Positions 9,935 through 20,896 of a stretch of DNA of 27,055 nucleotides are shown one piece after another (position 1 is the first letter of the stretch; each line of letters starts with the position of its first letter). A program made the position numbers and the translations under genes. Source of the DNA: an uncultured Planctomycetia bacterium (lineage in GTDB: Bacteria > Omnitrophota > Gorgyraeia > Duberdicusellales > 4484-171); the NCBI GenBank assembly GCA_964515205.1, contig CAZESF010000001.1:1-27055 (forward strand), given 5' to 3'. Below the pieces are notes generated by a model. It did not search any database and had not been told where the DNA came from. It saw only the letters and a list, made by a program, of their open reading frames with translations.

Positions 9935-12900
9935 ACCTCAACCCCCACTTCTCTATGTAATTTCAACCCCGTTCCTGCAGGAATAAGATGTCCCACAATT
10001 ACATTTTCCTTTAAACCTTTTAACTCATCAACTTTACCACTTGCTGCCGCATCAGTTAAAACTCGCGTAGTCTCCTGAAAACTGGCAGCAGAGATAAAAC
10101 TTTTTGTACTTAAAGAAGCCTTTGTAATTCCCAAAAGCAGTGGCGCTGCAGTTGCAGGACGTTTTCCTTTCTTTATTACTTTTTCATTCTCCTTTTTAAA
10201 ATCCCATTTATCTACTGCTTCCCCTGGCAGAAACTGTGTATCTCCCGGATCAATAATTTTTACTTTTTTAAGCATCTCACGAATAATTAATTCAATATGC
10301 TTATCATTGATTCTTACTCCCTGAAGACGATATACTTCTTGTATTTCGTTTACCAAGTATTCCTGCAGAACTTTATCTCCACAAACCCTTAAAATATCCT
10401 GCAATACTATAGGACCTTCGGTAAGCTGTTGTCCGGCAGCTACTTTATCTCCTCGATATACTACAGGATGGGTTCCTGAAGGAATAGTATATTCTCTCTT
10501 CATCCCTGTAGGTGAACGAACAATTATCTTTCTTTCACCTTTTTCTTCTTTAAACTCAACAAATCCTTCTATTTCACTGATAATTGCCGGATTTTTGGGG
10601 CGTCTTGCTTCAAATAGTTCTGCTACACGAGGAAGGCCTCCAGTAATATCTCTTGTCTTTGCCACCAAACGAGGAATTTTGGCTACTACATCTCCTGCCT
10701 CAACAACCTCTCCTTCTTCTACCATTATATGAGCTCCTGTAGGCAAAGGATAAATTCCTAAAACTTCTTCATTTTCAGAAAGAATTAAAATCTGAGGATG
10801 ATAATCACCTTTAAATTCTATTACTACTATCTCTTTTCTTCCTGTGGTTAAATTCATCTCTTCCTGAATAGTAATTCCTTCCAAAATATCCTCATATTTA
10901 ACTTTTCCTGAAACTTCAGTAAGTATAGGGGTAGAATATGGATCCCATCTTACAAAAATCTTATCTTTTTCTACTTTTTCTCCCTCAGGAACAAGAATAA
11001 ATGCCCCTTGAGGGAGAGGGTTTCTTTGCAACTCTATTCCTTTCTCATCGGTTATACTAATCATTCCATTTCTGTTTAAAACTACAAAGATATTCTTTTT
11101 GGAAGCAATTTTTAGATTGTGATACTTTACAAATCCGGTTTCTCTTGCTCTTATAAATGAACGTTCAGCAACTCGGGACGCTGTTCCTCCAATATGAAAA
11201 GTTCTCATTGTAAGCTGAGTGCCAGGTTCGCCAATTGACTGGGCAGCAATAACTCCTACTGCCTCTCCTACTTCAACCATTTTACCGGTAGCTAAGTTTC
11301 TTCCATAGCACTTAGCACATACTCCTCTTTCTGACTCACAGGTTAAAACACTTCTTATTCTAATTTTCTCTATTCCTAAACGTTCAATTTTTTCTGCTTT
11401 TTCCTCAGTAATCTCTTCACCTGCTTTCACAATTACCTCATCGCTCACAATATCAACAATATTATCCAATGCTACTCTTCCTACAACCCTTTCTTTTAAA
11501 GGAACTACCACTTCATCTCCTTCGATTATCGCAGAAACAGTAATTCCATTAACTGTACCACAATCCTCCTCAACTACAATTACCTCTTGGGCAACATCAA
11601 CTAATCTACGAGTTAAGTATCCAGCATCGGCAGTTTTTAAAGCTGTATCTGCTAAACCTTTTCTTGCTCCGTGAGTAGAAATAAAATACTCCAAAACAGA
11701 TAAACCTTCTCTAAAATTAGAAGTTATCGGCGTCTCAATGATTTCTCCTGAAGGTTTAGCCATCAATCCTCTCATTCCTGCAAGCTGTCTAATCTGAAGT
11801 CGTGATCCCCTTGCCCCTGAATCTGCCATCATAAATACAGGATTGAATTTATCCAAATGCTTAAAAACTAAATCTGAAACTTTATCTGTAGTCTTTGTCC
11901 ATATATCAATGATTTTGTTGTGTCTTTCTCTCTCTGTAATTATTCCTTTTTTATACTGCTCATCTACCTTAGATAATTCTTTATTTGCTTCTTCAATACA
12001 ACTCTGTTTCTCAGGAGGAATCTCTAAATCTTCCATACCAATACTTATTCCTGCCAGAGTAGCATATTCAAACCCAATATCTTTCAATTTATCCAGTAAT
12101 ATGATAGTCTCATGATGTCCAAATCTTTTATAACAGTCTTTCACAATATTAGCAATTTTCTTTTTGTCCAAAACCTCATTCACAAAACCAAACTCAGAAG
12201 GTAAAATTTGATTAAAAAGGATTCTTCCTACCGTAGTCTCTATTATTTTTCTTTCTCCATTTTCTTCAATTCTCACCTTTACTTTCGCATGTAGATCTAC
12301 CTCTTCATCCTGATAAGCAGTAATTGCCTCATCTGGTGAAGAAAACATCAATCCTTCACCTTTAGCATTTTCTTTCTCTAAGGTAAGATAACGCATTCCC
12401 ACAACCATATCCTGGCTAGGTGTTACAATTGGTCTTCCATCAGCAGGAGAAAAAATATTATTGGCAGAAAGCATGAGAATTTTTGCTTCTGCCTGTGCTT
12501 CTAAGGATAAAGGAACATGAACCGCCATTTGATCTCCATCAAAATCAGCATTAAAAGGAGTGCAGACTAAAGGATGTAATTTAATCGCTTTTCCCTCAAC
12601 TAAAACCGGATAAAATGCCTGAATACTTAAACGATGCAAAGTTGGAGCACGATTCAGAAGCACCGGATGCCCCTTAATTACTTCCTCTAATATATCCCAT
12701 ACCTCAACACGGGCTCTCTCTACCATTCTTCTTGCACCTTTTATTGTATGCACAAATCCTTTTTCTCTTAATTTTTTTATAATAAATGGCTCAAATAGTT
12801 CCAATGCCATCTGTTTAGGCAAACCACACTGATGAATCTTTAGCTCTGCTCCTACAACAATTACACTTCTTCCTGAATAATCTACTCTTTTACCTAATAA

Positions 12901-13893
12901 ATTTTGACGAAACCGACCTTGTTTCCCCTTAAGCATATCGGATAAGCTTTTTAGGGGTCTGTTTTGATGTCCCATTACAGGACGGCCATGGCGACCATTC
13001 TCCAACAAAGCATCCACTGCTTCCTGAAGCATTCTCTTCTCATTTTTTACAATTATCTCTGGTGCTCCTAAAGCAATTAATTTCTTTAAACGATTATTAC
13101 GATTTATTACTCGGCGATAAAGATCATTTAAATCAGATGAGGCAAACCGACCTCCTTCAAGTGGAACTAAAGGTCTTAAATCCGGAGGAATTACCGGCAA
13201 AACTTCTAAAACCATCCACTCGGGTCTGTTTCCTGAACGACGAAAATCCTCTACTATTTTCAATCTTTTAAGAAGTCTTTTATTAAAACTTCTTTTGCTT
13301 TCCTCAAGTTCTTTACGTATCTGCCTACTTAATTTATCTAAATCTACCTCTTTTAAAAGATCTCTTATTGCCTCAGCTCCTATCTTAGCTACAAAATTTG
13401 CCTGATATTCTTTTAATGCTTTGCGATATTCTTCTTCGGTAAGTAATTGTTTTTTGCGAAGAGGTGTATCTTGAGGATCAATAACAATATATTCTTCATA
13501 ATAAATCACTTTCTCTAATTCTTTTACACTCAAATCTAAAATTGCCCCTATACGAGAAGGAATCACTTTCCAAAACCAAATATGAATACAAGGGCTGACT
13601 AAATCTATATGTCCCATTCTTTGTCTTCTTACGGAAGAATGTAAAATCTCCACTCCACAACGATCGCATCTTAATCCTTTAAATTTTATCCCTTTCAATT
13701 TTCCACAATGACATTCCCAATCTTTTACCGGACCAAAAATCCTTTCACAGAAAAGACCATCCTTTTCTGGTTTAAGAGTACGATAATTTAAAGTTTCCGC
13801 TTTCTTTACCTCCCCATAAGACCAACTTCTAATTATTTGAGGAGAAGCGATTTTTATACTTATACGGTCAAAAAATAAAGATTCCTCAATCAT
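9922..13893 (-). CDS. rpoC: DNA-directed RNA polymerase beta' subunit
   Basis: Catalytic [10 protein letters not shown]-terminal Zn ribbon (ECHCG...CDRC), [24 protein letters not shown] and SAASFQETT. Start moved to ATG at 13893 (ATGA overlap with the rpoB stop, AAGGAG upstream) from the track's 13929. Confidence 0.99.
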   Translation of the reverse strand: MIEESLFFDRISIKIASPQIIRSWSYGEVKKAETLNYRTLKPEKDGLFCERIFGPVKDWECHCGKLKGIKFKGLRCDRCGVEILHSSVRRQRMGHIDLVSPCIHIWFWKVIPSRIGAILDLSVKELEKVIYYEEYIVIDPQDTPLRKKQLLTEEEYRKALKEYQANFVAKIGAEAIRDLLKEVDLDKLSRQIRKELEESKRSFNKRLLKRLKIVEDFRRSGNRPEWMVLEVLPVIPPDLRPLVPLEGGRFASSDLNDLYRRVINRNNRLKKLIALGAPEIIVKNEKRMLQEAVDALLENGRHGRPVMGHQNRPLKSLSDMLKGKQGRFRQNLLGKRVDYSGRSVIVVGAELKIHQCGLPKQMALELFEPFIIKKLREKGFVHTIKGARRMVERARVEVWDILEEVIKGHPVLLNRAPTLHRLSIQAFYPVLVEGKAIKLHPLVCTPFNADFDGDQMAVHVPLSLEAQAEAKILMLSANNIFSPADGRPIVTPSQDMVVGMRYLTLEKENAKGEGLMFSSPDEAITAYQDEEVDLHAKVKVRIEENGERKIIETTVGRILFNQILPSEFGFVNEVLDKKKIANIVKDCYKRFGHHETIILLDKLKDIGFEYATLAGISIGMEDLEIPPEKQSCIEEANKELSKVDEQYKKGIITERERHNKIIDIWTKTTDKVSDLVFKHLDKFNPVFMMADSGARGSRLQIRQLAGMRGLMAKPSGEIIETPITSNFREGLSVLEYFISTHGARKGLADTALKTADAGYLTRRLVDVAQEVIVVEEDCGTVNGITVSAIIEGDEVVVPLKERVVGRVALDNIVDIVSDEVIVKAGEEITEEKAEKIERLGIEKIRIRSVLTCESERGVCAKCYGRNLATGKMVEVGEAVGVIAAQSIGEPGTQLTMRTFHIGGTASRVAERSFIRARETGFVKYHNLKIASKKNIFVVLNRNGMISITDEKGIELQRNPLPQGAFILVPEGEKVEKDKIFVRWDPYSTPILTEVSGKVKYEDILEGITIQEEMNLTTGRKEIVVIEFKGDYHPQILILSENEEVLGIYPLPTGAHIMVEEGEVVEAGDVVAKIPRLVAKTRDITGGLPRVAELFEARRPKNPAIISEIEGFVEFKEEKGERKIIVRSPTGMKREYTIPSGTHPVVYRGDKVAAGQQLTEGPIVLQDILRVCGDKVLQEYLVNEIQEVYRLQGVRINDKHIELIIREMLKKVKIIDPGDTQFLPGEAVDKWDFKKENEKVIKKGKRPATAAPLLLGITKASLSTKSFISAASFQETTRVLTDAAASGKVDELKGLKENVIVGHLIPAGTGLKLHREVGVEVCQQ

Positions 13894-16800
13894 AACCCTC
13901 TCTCCTTTTCTGCTCTTACATCCAAACACAAACCCTGAAGTTCCTTCATTAAAACATTAAAAGATTCGGGAACCGAAGGCTTAAACTTTTGTTCTCCTCT
14001 TACAATTGCTTCATAAATATGAGTTCTTCCCTCAACATCATCACTTTTTACGGTTAAAATCTCCTGCAAGGTAAATGCTGCTCCATAAGCCTCAAGTGCC
14101 CATACTTCCATCTCTCCAAATCGCTGGCCTCCAAATTGAGCCTTTCCCCCCAGAGGCTGTTGAGTAATCAAAGAATAAGGGCCAATTGCTCGAGCATGGA
14201 TTTTATCATCAACCATATGAACTAATTTCATAATATACATTACTCCTACCGTTGCTTTCTGATCAAAGGGTTTTCCTGTATATCCATCATAAAGAGTAAC
14301 TTTTCCTGAAGTAGGCAGATTCGCCTGTTTAAGTAATTCTTTGATTTTATCTTCTTTTATTCCTTCAAATACAGGAACAGCCATTCTCATTCCCAACTTT
14401 TGTACTGCCCATCCCAAATGAGTCTCTAAAAGCTGTCCCACATTCATTCTTGAAGGAACGCCTAAGGGATTTAAAACTACATCTACAGGAGTTCCATCTT
14501 CTAAAAAAGGCATATCTTCCTCAGGCAAAATCTTGGCAATCACTCCTTTGTTTCCATGCCTTCCCGATAATTTATCTCCTACAGATATTTTTCTTTTCAT
14601 TGCCACATAAACTACAACTCTTTTTAAAACTCCCGGGGGAAGCTCATCTCCTTTTTTAACCTTAGCTATCTCTAACTCTCTTTCCATTTCTAATTCTTGA
14701 AGACGCTCTTGATACACATCAAAAATACTTTTTGCTTCCTCATCTTCCTCTATATCACCAATCTTTAGCTTTTCTTCTTTCTTACCTAAGATAGCTGCGA
14801 TGCGTCTATTTCTTTCTTTCTCTAATATCTCTTTTTCCTCAGCATAATATTTTTCTATTTCTCTTATTCTTCTTAACTCTTCTGCTTTCTCTTTTTTTGA
14901 CTTTCTTCCTCTTTCTTTTCTCTGAAATACTTCTACATTTATCACCACTCCATAAATCCCAGGAGGGACACGCAGAGAGGTATCCTTTACATCCGCAGCT
15001 TTCTCTCCAAAAATTGCCCGTAGAAGTCTTTCCTCAGGAGATAACTCTTTCTCTGTCTTAGGGGTTACTCTCCCCACCAATATATCATCAGGCATAACCT
15101 CTGTTCCCACTCTTACAATTCCACTCTCATCTAAATTCTTTAAAGCCTCTTCACTCAAGTTAGGAATATCTCGAGTTATTTCCTCATTTCCTAAACGCGT
15201 CTCTCTTGCCTCGATTTCAAATTTTTCAATATGTACAGAAGTAAGTATATCCTCTTTTACCAATCTTTCACTAATCACAATAGCATCTTCAAAGTTATAA
15301 CCTCGCCAAGGAAGAAACGCTACCAATAAATTTCTTCCTAAAGCAAGTTCACCATTCTTTGTTGCCATTCCATCAGCAATAACATCTCCTTTTCTTACAT
15401 AATCACCTTTTTTAACTAAGGGTCTTTGATTCACGCATGTATCAGCATTAGAACGTTGAAATTTTTTAAGGCGATATACAAACTTACCAATTTTTATATG
15501 TGCAGAATCTACTTCCTCCACATAACCACTCTCTTTTGCTACCACTACTGCACCAGATTCACGAGCAACTTTTTCTTCCATTCCTGTACCAACAACAGGT
15601 TCTTCAGTAAAAAGAAGAGGAACCGCCTGTCTTTGCATATTAGAACCCATCAAAGCTCTATTTGCATCATCATGTTCTAAAAAAGGAATTAAAGAGGCAG
15701 ATACAGAAACTATTTGTTTAGGAGATACATCCATATATTCTACTTCTTGTGGTTTTACTTTAGGAAATTTACCTTTATAACGACAGTAAATCTCTTTATC
15801 TTTTATACGACCTTCTTTATCAATATTGTCAGTAACTTGAGCAATTACTCTTTTTTCTTCTTCATCAGGAGTAAGATACTCTATTTTATCTAAAACTCTA
15901 CCATTTTCCACTTTTCTATAAGGGGCAACTAAAAATCCTAAGGGATTAATACGCGCATAGGTAGTTAAAGAAGTGAGCAAACCGATATTGGGACCCTCAG
16001 GTGTTTCAATAGGACAAATTCTTCCGTAATGAGAGGGATGAACATCTCTCACCTCAAACCCTGCCCGCTCTCGAGATAATCCCCCCGGACCCATAGCTGA
16101 CAGTCTTCTCTTATGTGTCATCTCAGCTAAAGGATTTGTCTGATCCATAAATTGAGATAAAGGAGAACGAGCAAAGAAATCGTGAATTTGTGTAGCGAAA
16201 GCACGTGAGTTTATAAGATGTTGAGCAGAAAGATCATCTTCTGAGATTAAAGAACATCTCTCTATAAATGTACGTTCTATTTTTAAAAGTCCTACTCTTA
16301 CCTGATGCTGAAGGAGTTCTCCTACCAGTTTCACTCTTCGGTTAGATAAATGATCTATATCATCAACTTCTCTTTCTCCATTCTTCACCTTAATAAGTGT
16401 CTTAATTATTTCTACCACAGTATCTAAATCTAATGTGCGTTTATTTAAAGAAACATTCATGTTTAATTTTTTATTAAGTAAAAAACGACCTACTCTGGCT
16501 AAATCATAACGTTTAATATCTAAAAACATACGTTGAAAAACTTCCTTTGCTGCCTCAAGAGTTACTGGTTCTGTGGGACGCATTTTTTTATAAAAATCTA
16601 AAAGTGCTTCTTCTCTATTTTTAGTATGATCTCTTTTGGCAGTATTTACTATCTCAGGATATGGTCTTTCTGAAAAACACTGATAAATATTTTCATTTGT
16701 GGAAAGACCAAATAATCTTAAAATTTGTGTAGCAGGAAAAGTTTTTCTTCTGTCAACAATAGCAGTTATCGTATCATTTATATCACATCTAAATTCCAAC

Positions 16801-17309
16801 CAATATCCCCGATAAGGAATGACACGTGCATAATAAATCCTTTTTCCTGCAGAATGCATCTCCTCTTCAAAAAATACGCCTGGTGAACGTTGAAGTTGAC
16901 TAACAACTGCTCGCTCGTCACCATTAATTATGAAAGAAGCAGCCTCAGTCATCAAAGGTATATCACCTAAATAAATCTCCTGCTCACGAATACTTCCTGT
17001 CTCATTACTTACTAATCTTAATCTTACCCTTAAGGGAGCAGCATATGTTTGAGAACGTCTTTTGCATTCTTCGGGTGTATAGCGTGGTCGGCTTAAAGAG
17101 TAGGAGACAAATTCTAAGCGATATTTTTTATCCGAAGACTCCATAGGAAATACCTCGCCAAATACCTCCTGCAGTCCTATATTCTTCCTTTTCTCCGGAG
17201 GCACCTCCATTTGTAAGAATTCTTTATAAGAATTAAGCTGGTGCTCTAAAAGATGAGGCATTGACACTTCTTTCTTCTTTTTAAAAATAACTCTTTTAAC
17301 CCACTTCAT
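13890..17309 (-). CDS. rpoB: DNA-directed RNA polymerase beta subunit
   Basis: [36 protein letters not shown] and [18 protein letters not shown]; AAGGAG SD. Confidence 0.99.
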   Translation of the reverse strand: MKWVKRVIFKKKKEVSMPHLLEHQLNSYKEFLQMEVPPEKRKNIGLQEVFGEVFPMESSDKKYRLEFVSYSLSRPRYTPEECKRRSQTYAAPLRVRLRLVSNETGSIREQEIYLGDIPLMTEAASFIINGDERAVVSQLQRSPGVFFEEEMHSAGKRIYYARVIPYRGYWLEFRCDINDTITAIVDRRKTFPATQILRLFGLSTNENIYQCFSERPYPEIVNTAKRDHTKNREEALLDFYKKMRPTEPVTLEAAKEVFQRMFLDIKRYDLARVGRFLLNKKLNMNVSLNKRTLDLDTVVEIIKTLIKVKNGEREVDDIDHLSNRRVKLVGELLQHQVRVGLLKIERTFIERCSLISEDDLSAQHLINSRAFATQIHDFFARSPLSQFMDQTNPLAEMTHKRRLSAMGPGGLSRERAGFEVRDVHPSHYGRICPIETPEGPNIGLLTSLTTYARINPLGFLVAPYRKVENGRVLDKIEYLTPDEEEKRVIAQVTDNIDKEGRIKDKEIYCRYKGKFPKVKPQEVEYMDVSPKQIVSVSASLIPFLEHDDANRALMGSNMQRQAVPLLFTEEPVVGTGMEEKVARESGAVVVAKESGYVEEVDSAHIKIGKFVYRLKKFQRSNADTCVNQRPLVKKGDYVRKGDVIADGMATKNGELALGRNLLVAFLPWRGYNFEDAIVISERLVKEDILTSVHIEKFEIEARETRLGNEEITRDIPNLSEEALKNLDESGIVRVGTEVMPDDILVGRVTPKTEKELSPEERLLRAIFGEKAADVKDTSLRVPPGIYGVVINVEVFQRKERGRKSKKEKAEELRRIREIEKYYAEEKEILEKERNRRIAAILGKKEEKLKIGDIEEDEEAKSIFDVYQERLQELEMERELEIAKVKKGDELPPGVLKRVVVYVAMKRKISVGDKLSGRHGNKGVIAKILPEEDMPFLEDGTPVDVVLNPLGVPSRMNVGQLLETHLGWAVQKLGMRMAVPVFEGIKEDKIKELLKQANLPTSGKVTLYDGYTGKPFDQKATVGVMYIMKLVHMVDDKIHARAIGPYSLITQQPLGGKAQFGGQRFGEMEVWALEAYGAAFTLQEILTVKSDDVEGRTHIYEAIVRGEQKFKPSVPESFNVLMKELQGLCLDVRAEKERGL

Positions 17310-17333
17310 TCTCTCTCCTTATTCAAATTATTC

Positions 17334-17711
17334 TTATTTTATCTCTACCGCTGCTCCTGCGGCCTCAAGACGTTTCTTTATATCTTCTGCCTCCTCCTTA
17401 GAAACATTTTCCTTGATAGGTTTGGGAGCAGAATCCACCAATTCCTTTGCTTCTTTCAATCCTAAATCAGTAATTGCCCTCACCTCTTTAATTACCGCAA
17501 TTTTGTTTGCTCCTGCAGATTTAAGCACAACTGTAAAAGATGTCTTTTCTTCTTCCTCGCCTCCCGCTGCCTGCGCTTGAGGCGCAACTCCGGCTACCAC
17601 AGGAGCTTGAGCTTTAACTCCAAATTTTTCCTCACATTTTTTAACTAATTCTGATAACTCTAAAACTGACATTTCTTCTAAAATTTTTAAAACATCGTCA
17701 ACTCGTGACAT
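17334..17711 (-). CDS. rplL: 50S ribosomal protein L7/L12
   Basis: LELSELVK, Ala-rich hinge and [24 protein letters not shown]. Confidence 0.99.
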   Translation of the reverse strand: MSRVDDVLKILEEMSVLELSELVKKCEEKFGVKAQAPVVAGVAPQAQAAGGEEEEKTSFTVVLKSAGANKIAVIKEVRAITDLGLKEAKELVDSAPKPIKENVSKEEAEDIKKRLEAAGAAVEIK

Positions 17712-18246
17712 CTCTCTCCTCCTTCTTTTTCTTTATCTCCTCTACCAGCCACACAAATTTTAAAATTATTTGATTTAAACTATTTAAAAACCCTATCAAA
17801 GGTGCACAGAAAGCATTTAAAGTTTTCCCTAAAAGAATCTCATAAGGAGGCAATTTTGCTAATTCTAAAAGCTCATCCTTATTTAATTTTTTCTCTTCTA
17901 AAAATCCTCCTTTTAAATAAAAACCTTCTTCACTCTCCTTAGAAAAATCTACTAAAAGTTTACATACTTTTACTATATCATCATAAACAAATACAATCCC
18001 TGTAGATCCCTCCATAAAAGAATTATCTAAATCCTTTCCCAAATCAGAGAAGGCTTTTTTTATAAGAGAATTCTTAAAAATACGCATTAGAGAACTTTCT
18101 TTTTTTAAATTATCTCTTAAAGTATTAAGCTGCTGCGCTTTAAGTTTAGAAAATCCTACAAATACATAAGCTTGTGCAGAATTCAATTTTTCCTTTATCT
18201 CCTCCACTATTTTTTTACGAATAACTAAACCAACTCTTTCCTTCAT
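17698..18246 (-). CDS. rplJ: 50S ribosomal protein L10
   Basis: [16 protein letters not shown] and [11 protein letters not shown]; between rplA and rplL. Confidence 0.95.
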   Translation of the reverse strand: MKERVGLVIRKKIVEEIKEKLNSAQAYVFVGFSKLKAQQLNTLRDNLKKESSLMRIFKNSLIKKAFSDLGKDLDNSFMEGSTGIVFVYDDIVKVCKLLVDFSKESEEGFYLKGGFLEEKKLNKDELLELAKLPPYEILLGKTLNAFCAPLIGFLNSLNQIILKFVWLVEEIKKKKEERDVTS

Positions 18247-18248
18247 CT

Positions 18249-18935
18249 CTATATACTTATCTTTAAAGCTGGACTCATTGTCGAAGATAAATAAATTGAT
18301 CTTATAAATTCTCCCTTTACCGCCTGAGGTCTTAAGTTATTAAGAGTATCCAAAAACACTTTAATATTTTCTTTTAAATACTCTAAAGGGAATGAGATTT
18401 TGCCAACTCCCGCATGAATACAACCTGTTTTATCCATACGAAAATCTACCTTCCCCTGTTTAGCTTCCTCAATTGCTTGAGTGAGATTATTGGTAACTGT
18501 TCCTGTTTTGGGCGAAGGCATTAAACCCCGAGGTCCTAAAATTCTTCCTAATCTACTTACTAATTTCATCATTGTGGGAGTAGAGATACAATAATCAAAA
18601 TCAAGCCAATTCTCTTTCTGAATCTTATCAATTAAATCTTGACCCCCTACAAAGTCAGCGCCTGCCTCTTTTGCCTCTTTTTCTTTCTCTAACTCACAAA
18701 ATACCAAAACTTTAATCTTCTTTCCTGTCCCATGAGGCAAGCTCACCGAACCTCTTACCATCTGGTCGCTTTTTCTTGGATCCACATTGAGTTTGCAAGA
18801 AATTTCTACCGTCTCATCAAATTTAGGATGGGGTATCTTTTTTAAAACTTCTAAAGCCTCCTCTATTGTATAAACTTTACCTTTATCTACCAATTTAACA
18901 GCTTCCCGATATCTTTTACTTCTCTTCATCCTCAA
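18249..18935 (-). CDS. rplA: 50S ribosomal protein L1
   Basis: [35 protein letters not shown] and SSTMSP. Could also start at ATG 18929. Confidence 0.99.
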   Translation of the reverse strand: MRMKRSKRYREAVKLVDKGKVYTIEEALEVLKKIPHPKFDETVEISCKLNVDPRKSDQMVRGSVSLPHGTGKKIKVLVFCELEKEKEAKEAGADFVGGQDLIDKIQKENWLDFDYCISTPTMMKLVSRLGRILGPRGLMPSPKTGTVTNNLTQAIEEAKQGKVDFRMDKTGCIHAGVGKISFPLEYLKENIKVFLDTLNNLRPQAVKGEFIRSIYLSSTMSPALKISI

Positions 18936-19365
18936 TTACCTTTATTCCACAGGAACGAGCTGTGCCTTCAATTATCTTAATCGCTTTTTCCAAATCAGAT
19001 GTATTTAAATCTTCTAATTTTTGTTTAGCAATCTCAATCACCTGTTTTTTTGTTACCTGTGCAATTATTTCTTTTCCTGCCTGTGAACTTGCCTTAGCTA
19101 AGTTTGCTGCTCTTTTAAGTAAGACTGATGCTGGGGGACTCTTAATCACAAAATCAAAAGACCTATCTTTATAAACATTTATCACCACAGGTAAAATAAG
19201 CCCTTCTTTTCCTTTTGTTGCATCATTAAAAGCTTTACAAAACTGCATAATATTTACCCCATGCTGACCTAAAGCTGGGCCTACCGGAGGCGCTGGATTA
19301 GCGCTTCCTGCAGAAATCTGAAGCTTTATCTGAGCTACCGGTTTTTTCTTTTTCTTCTGCGCCAT
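18916..19365 (-). CDS. rplK: 50S ribosomal protein L11
   Basis: [26 protein letters not shown] and GTARSCG. Confidence 0.99.
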   Translation of the reverse strand: MAQKKKKKPVAQIKLQISAGSANPAPPVGPALGQHGVNIMQFCKAFNDATKGKEGLILPVVINVYKDRSFDFVIKSPPASVLLKRAANLAKASSQAGKEIIAQVTKKQVIEIAKQKLEDLNTSDLEKAIKIIEGTARSCGIKVIEDEEK

Positions 19366-19366
19366 T

Positions 19367-19894
19367 TTAAATCTTTTCTACTTGCCAAAACTCCAACTCT
19401 ACAGGTGTGGTTCTTCCAAATATTGAAACACTTACTTTTAACTTTCCTTTTTCTGTGCTTACTTCTTCAACTATTCCAGTAAAATTGATAAAAGGGCCTT
19501 CTACAACCCTGACGCTTTCTCCTTTCTCAAAACTAACCTTAGGAGCCGGTTTCACTTTACTTTCCTCTGCCTTCTTTAAAATTTTCTCAATCTCATCTTC
19601 AGGAATAGGAGTAGGTTTTCTTTTAGGTCCAATAAAAGAAGCAATTCCCGGAGTTTTTTTTACAAAAAGCCAAGTTTCATCATTCATCTCCATATGAATT
19701 AAAATATATCCGGGAAGAAATTTTCTTTCTGAAACCCTGCGTTTGCCTAATTTAACTTCTGTAACCTGCTCCTTGGGAACGATTATCTCACCAATAAGTT
19801 CCTGCATACCGAAGGCTTTTATTCTTGCTTCTAAATTTACTTTTACCTTCTCTTCTGCCCCGCTTAAAGTATGAACTATATACCACTTCTTCAT
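19367..19894 (-). CDS. nusG: Transcription termination/antitermination factor NusG
   Basis: [20 protein letters not shown] motif [11 protein letters not shown] and [11 protein letters not shown]. Confidence 0.99.
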   Translation of the reverse strand: MKKWYIVHTLSGAEEKVKVNLEARIKAFGMQELIGEIIVPKEQVTEVKLGKRRVSERKFLPGYILIHMEMNDETWLFVKKTPGIASFIGPKRKPTPIPEDEIEKILKKAEESKVKPAPKVSFEKGESVRVVEGPFINFTGIVEEVSTEKGKLKVSVSIFGRTTPVELEFWQVEKI

Positions 19895-20085
19895 TTTAAA
19901 ATATACTTCACCAACTTAGTAAAGATAGAATCGACTCCAAAAACATAAAGAGTTAAAAATGCGGTAACAACAATTACTACTATTGTTGCTGTAAACAATT
20001 CTTCTTTTGTTGACCAACTCACTTTTTTGAGCTCTACTTTTACTTCTTTCAAAAATTGAGGAAATCTTTTAATCTTCTTCAACAT
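19891..20085 (-). CDS. secE: Preprotein translocase subunit SecE (single-TM type)
   Basis: FLKEVKVELKKVSW followed by one hydrophobic helix; directly upstream of nusG. Confidence 0.96.
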   Translation of the reverse strand: MLKKIKRFPQFLKEVKVELKKVSWSTKEELFTATIVVIVVTAFLTLYVFGVDSIFTKLVKYILK

Positions 20086-20101
20086 TTTTTAATCCCCTAT
20101 C

Positions 20102-20175
20102 CAGGCCTGGGGCGATTCGAACGCCCAACCCCTGGTTTTGGAGACCAGTGCTCTAGCCAATTGAGCTACAGGCCT
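20102..20175 (-). tRNA. tRNA-Trp (CCA)
   Basis: Folds by hand: acceptor AGGCCTG/CAGGCCT, D arm GCTC/GAGC, anticodon arm CTGGT-CTCCAAA-ACCAG, T arm GGGCG-TTCGAAT-CGCCC. The 3' CCA is not encoded. Usual position before secE. Confidence 0.97.
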
Positions 20176-20180
20176 AATAC

Positions 20181-20333
20181 TCATGGTTTTATTTCTCTAT
20201 GTTCTGTATGTTTACGACAAAATTTGCAAAATTTATTAATTACAAATTTCTCTCTATGTTTTCTTTTATTTTTTGTAGTATAATAATTTCTTCTTTTGCA
20301 GACACTACACTCTAATGCGATAAGCTCTCTCAT
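20181..20333 (-). CDS. rpmG: 50S ribosomal protein L33 (Zn-ribbon, C+ type)
   Basis: Manual translation MRELIALECSVCKRRNYYTTKNKRKHREKFVINKFCKFCRKHTEHREIKP (50 aa, two CxxC). Absent from the ORF track. Confidence 0.97.
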   Translation of the reverse strand: MRELIALECSVCKRRNYYTTKNKRKHREKFVINKFCKFCRKHTEHREIKP

Positions 20334-20409
20334 CTTAATTAGATTTTCCTTACTTTAAAAAAGTAAAAAAACCCACTCCTCCTTTCCTCAATTTTTTCCA
20401 ACTTTTTAG

Positions 20410-20430
20410 CTTCCTGCCTCTGGCAGGAAG
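20410..20430. repeat. Perfect 9-bp inverted repeat CTTCCTGCC-tct-GGCAGGAAG
   Basis: Read directly; a GC-rich hairpin in AT-rich spacer, 10 nt downstream of tRNA-Thr. No U tract follows on the sense (minus) strand. Confidence 0.85.
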
Positions 20431-20440
20431 AATCTCTCTT

Positions 20441-20512
20441 AGCCTGGAGTGGGAATTGAACCCACGACCACCTCCTTACCAAGGAGGTGCTCTACCACTG
20501 AGCTATCCAGGC
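20441..20512 (-). tRNA. tRNA-Thr (GGT)
   Basis: Acceptor GCCTGGA/TCCAGGC, D arm GCTC-AGTGGTA-GAGC, anticodon arm CCTCC-TTGGTAA-GGAGG, T arm GTGGG-TTCAATT-CCCAC. The 3' CCA is not encoded. Confidence 0.97.
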
Positions 20513-20555
20513 AAAAATAAAACTTTTTGAAAACAACCAACTCTGACGAATAAAA

Positions 20556-20583
20556 ATGATACTATATTTGCTCTTTTTGTCAA
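20556..20583 (-). promoter_or_regulatory. Putative sigma70-type promoter for tRNA-Thr and the supercluster
   Basis: Minus strand TTGACA (20583-20578), 16-nt spacer, TATCAT (20561-20556), about 45 nt upstream of tRNA-Thr. Confidence 0.65.
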
Positions 20584-20896
20584 GAAAAAATTGGAAAAAT
20601 ATAGAAAAGTAAAGGCACATGGTATACACCTAAAACCTCTGTCATTCTTTGATGATGAATTATTTAATAGAGTAAAAAGCGCATTCTATATGAAAAGATT
20701 TAAATTTCCCAGATATCAGTATACTTTTAGAGAATTATCTACTAAAGCTTTTATTTAAAACATAAAACTGTGGTCATAACTTAACATTTTATTTTCAAAA
20801 GATTTTGTCAAGTTACAGGGCAAATTTATTTTTTAGTAGTTTTTATACTTATTTCAATTACACATCAAATTTAGGACGCATCCTTGAAAAAAAATA

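Noticed and set aside
9922-17309. Inteins or introns in rpoB/rpoC
   Set aside because: Both ORFs are continuous and of normal or short length; the inserts match known lineage-specific RNAP domains and lack intein terminal motifs.
2513-19697. Many short plus-strand ORFs (e.g. 2513, 2903, 3629, 4920, 6045, 6148, 11843, 15426, 18962, 19407) and alternate-frame minus ORFs (8786, 13062, 14450)
   Set aside because: They overlap conserved housekeeping genes (almost all fully nested) and have no independent motifs.
20102-20175. Possible UGA recoding (code 4 or 25)
   Set aside because: rpmG, rpoB and rpsG end in TGA at their expected C-termini, Trp is TGG where checked, and the tRNA-Trp anticodon is CCA.
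20056-20283. 75-aa plus-strand ORF in the track
   Set aside because: It is the antisense reading of tRNA-Trp and rpmG (GLGRFERPTPGFGDQCSSQLSY is a typical tRNA shadow).
20783-20811. Second TTGACA (20811-20806) as a promoter
   Set aside because: No acceptable -10 hexamer at 16-18 nt spacing (AATGTT at 17 nt); not called as a feature.
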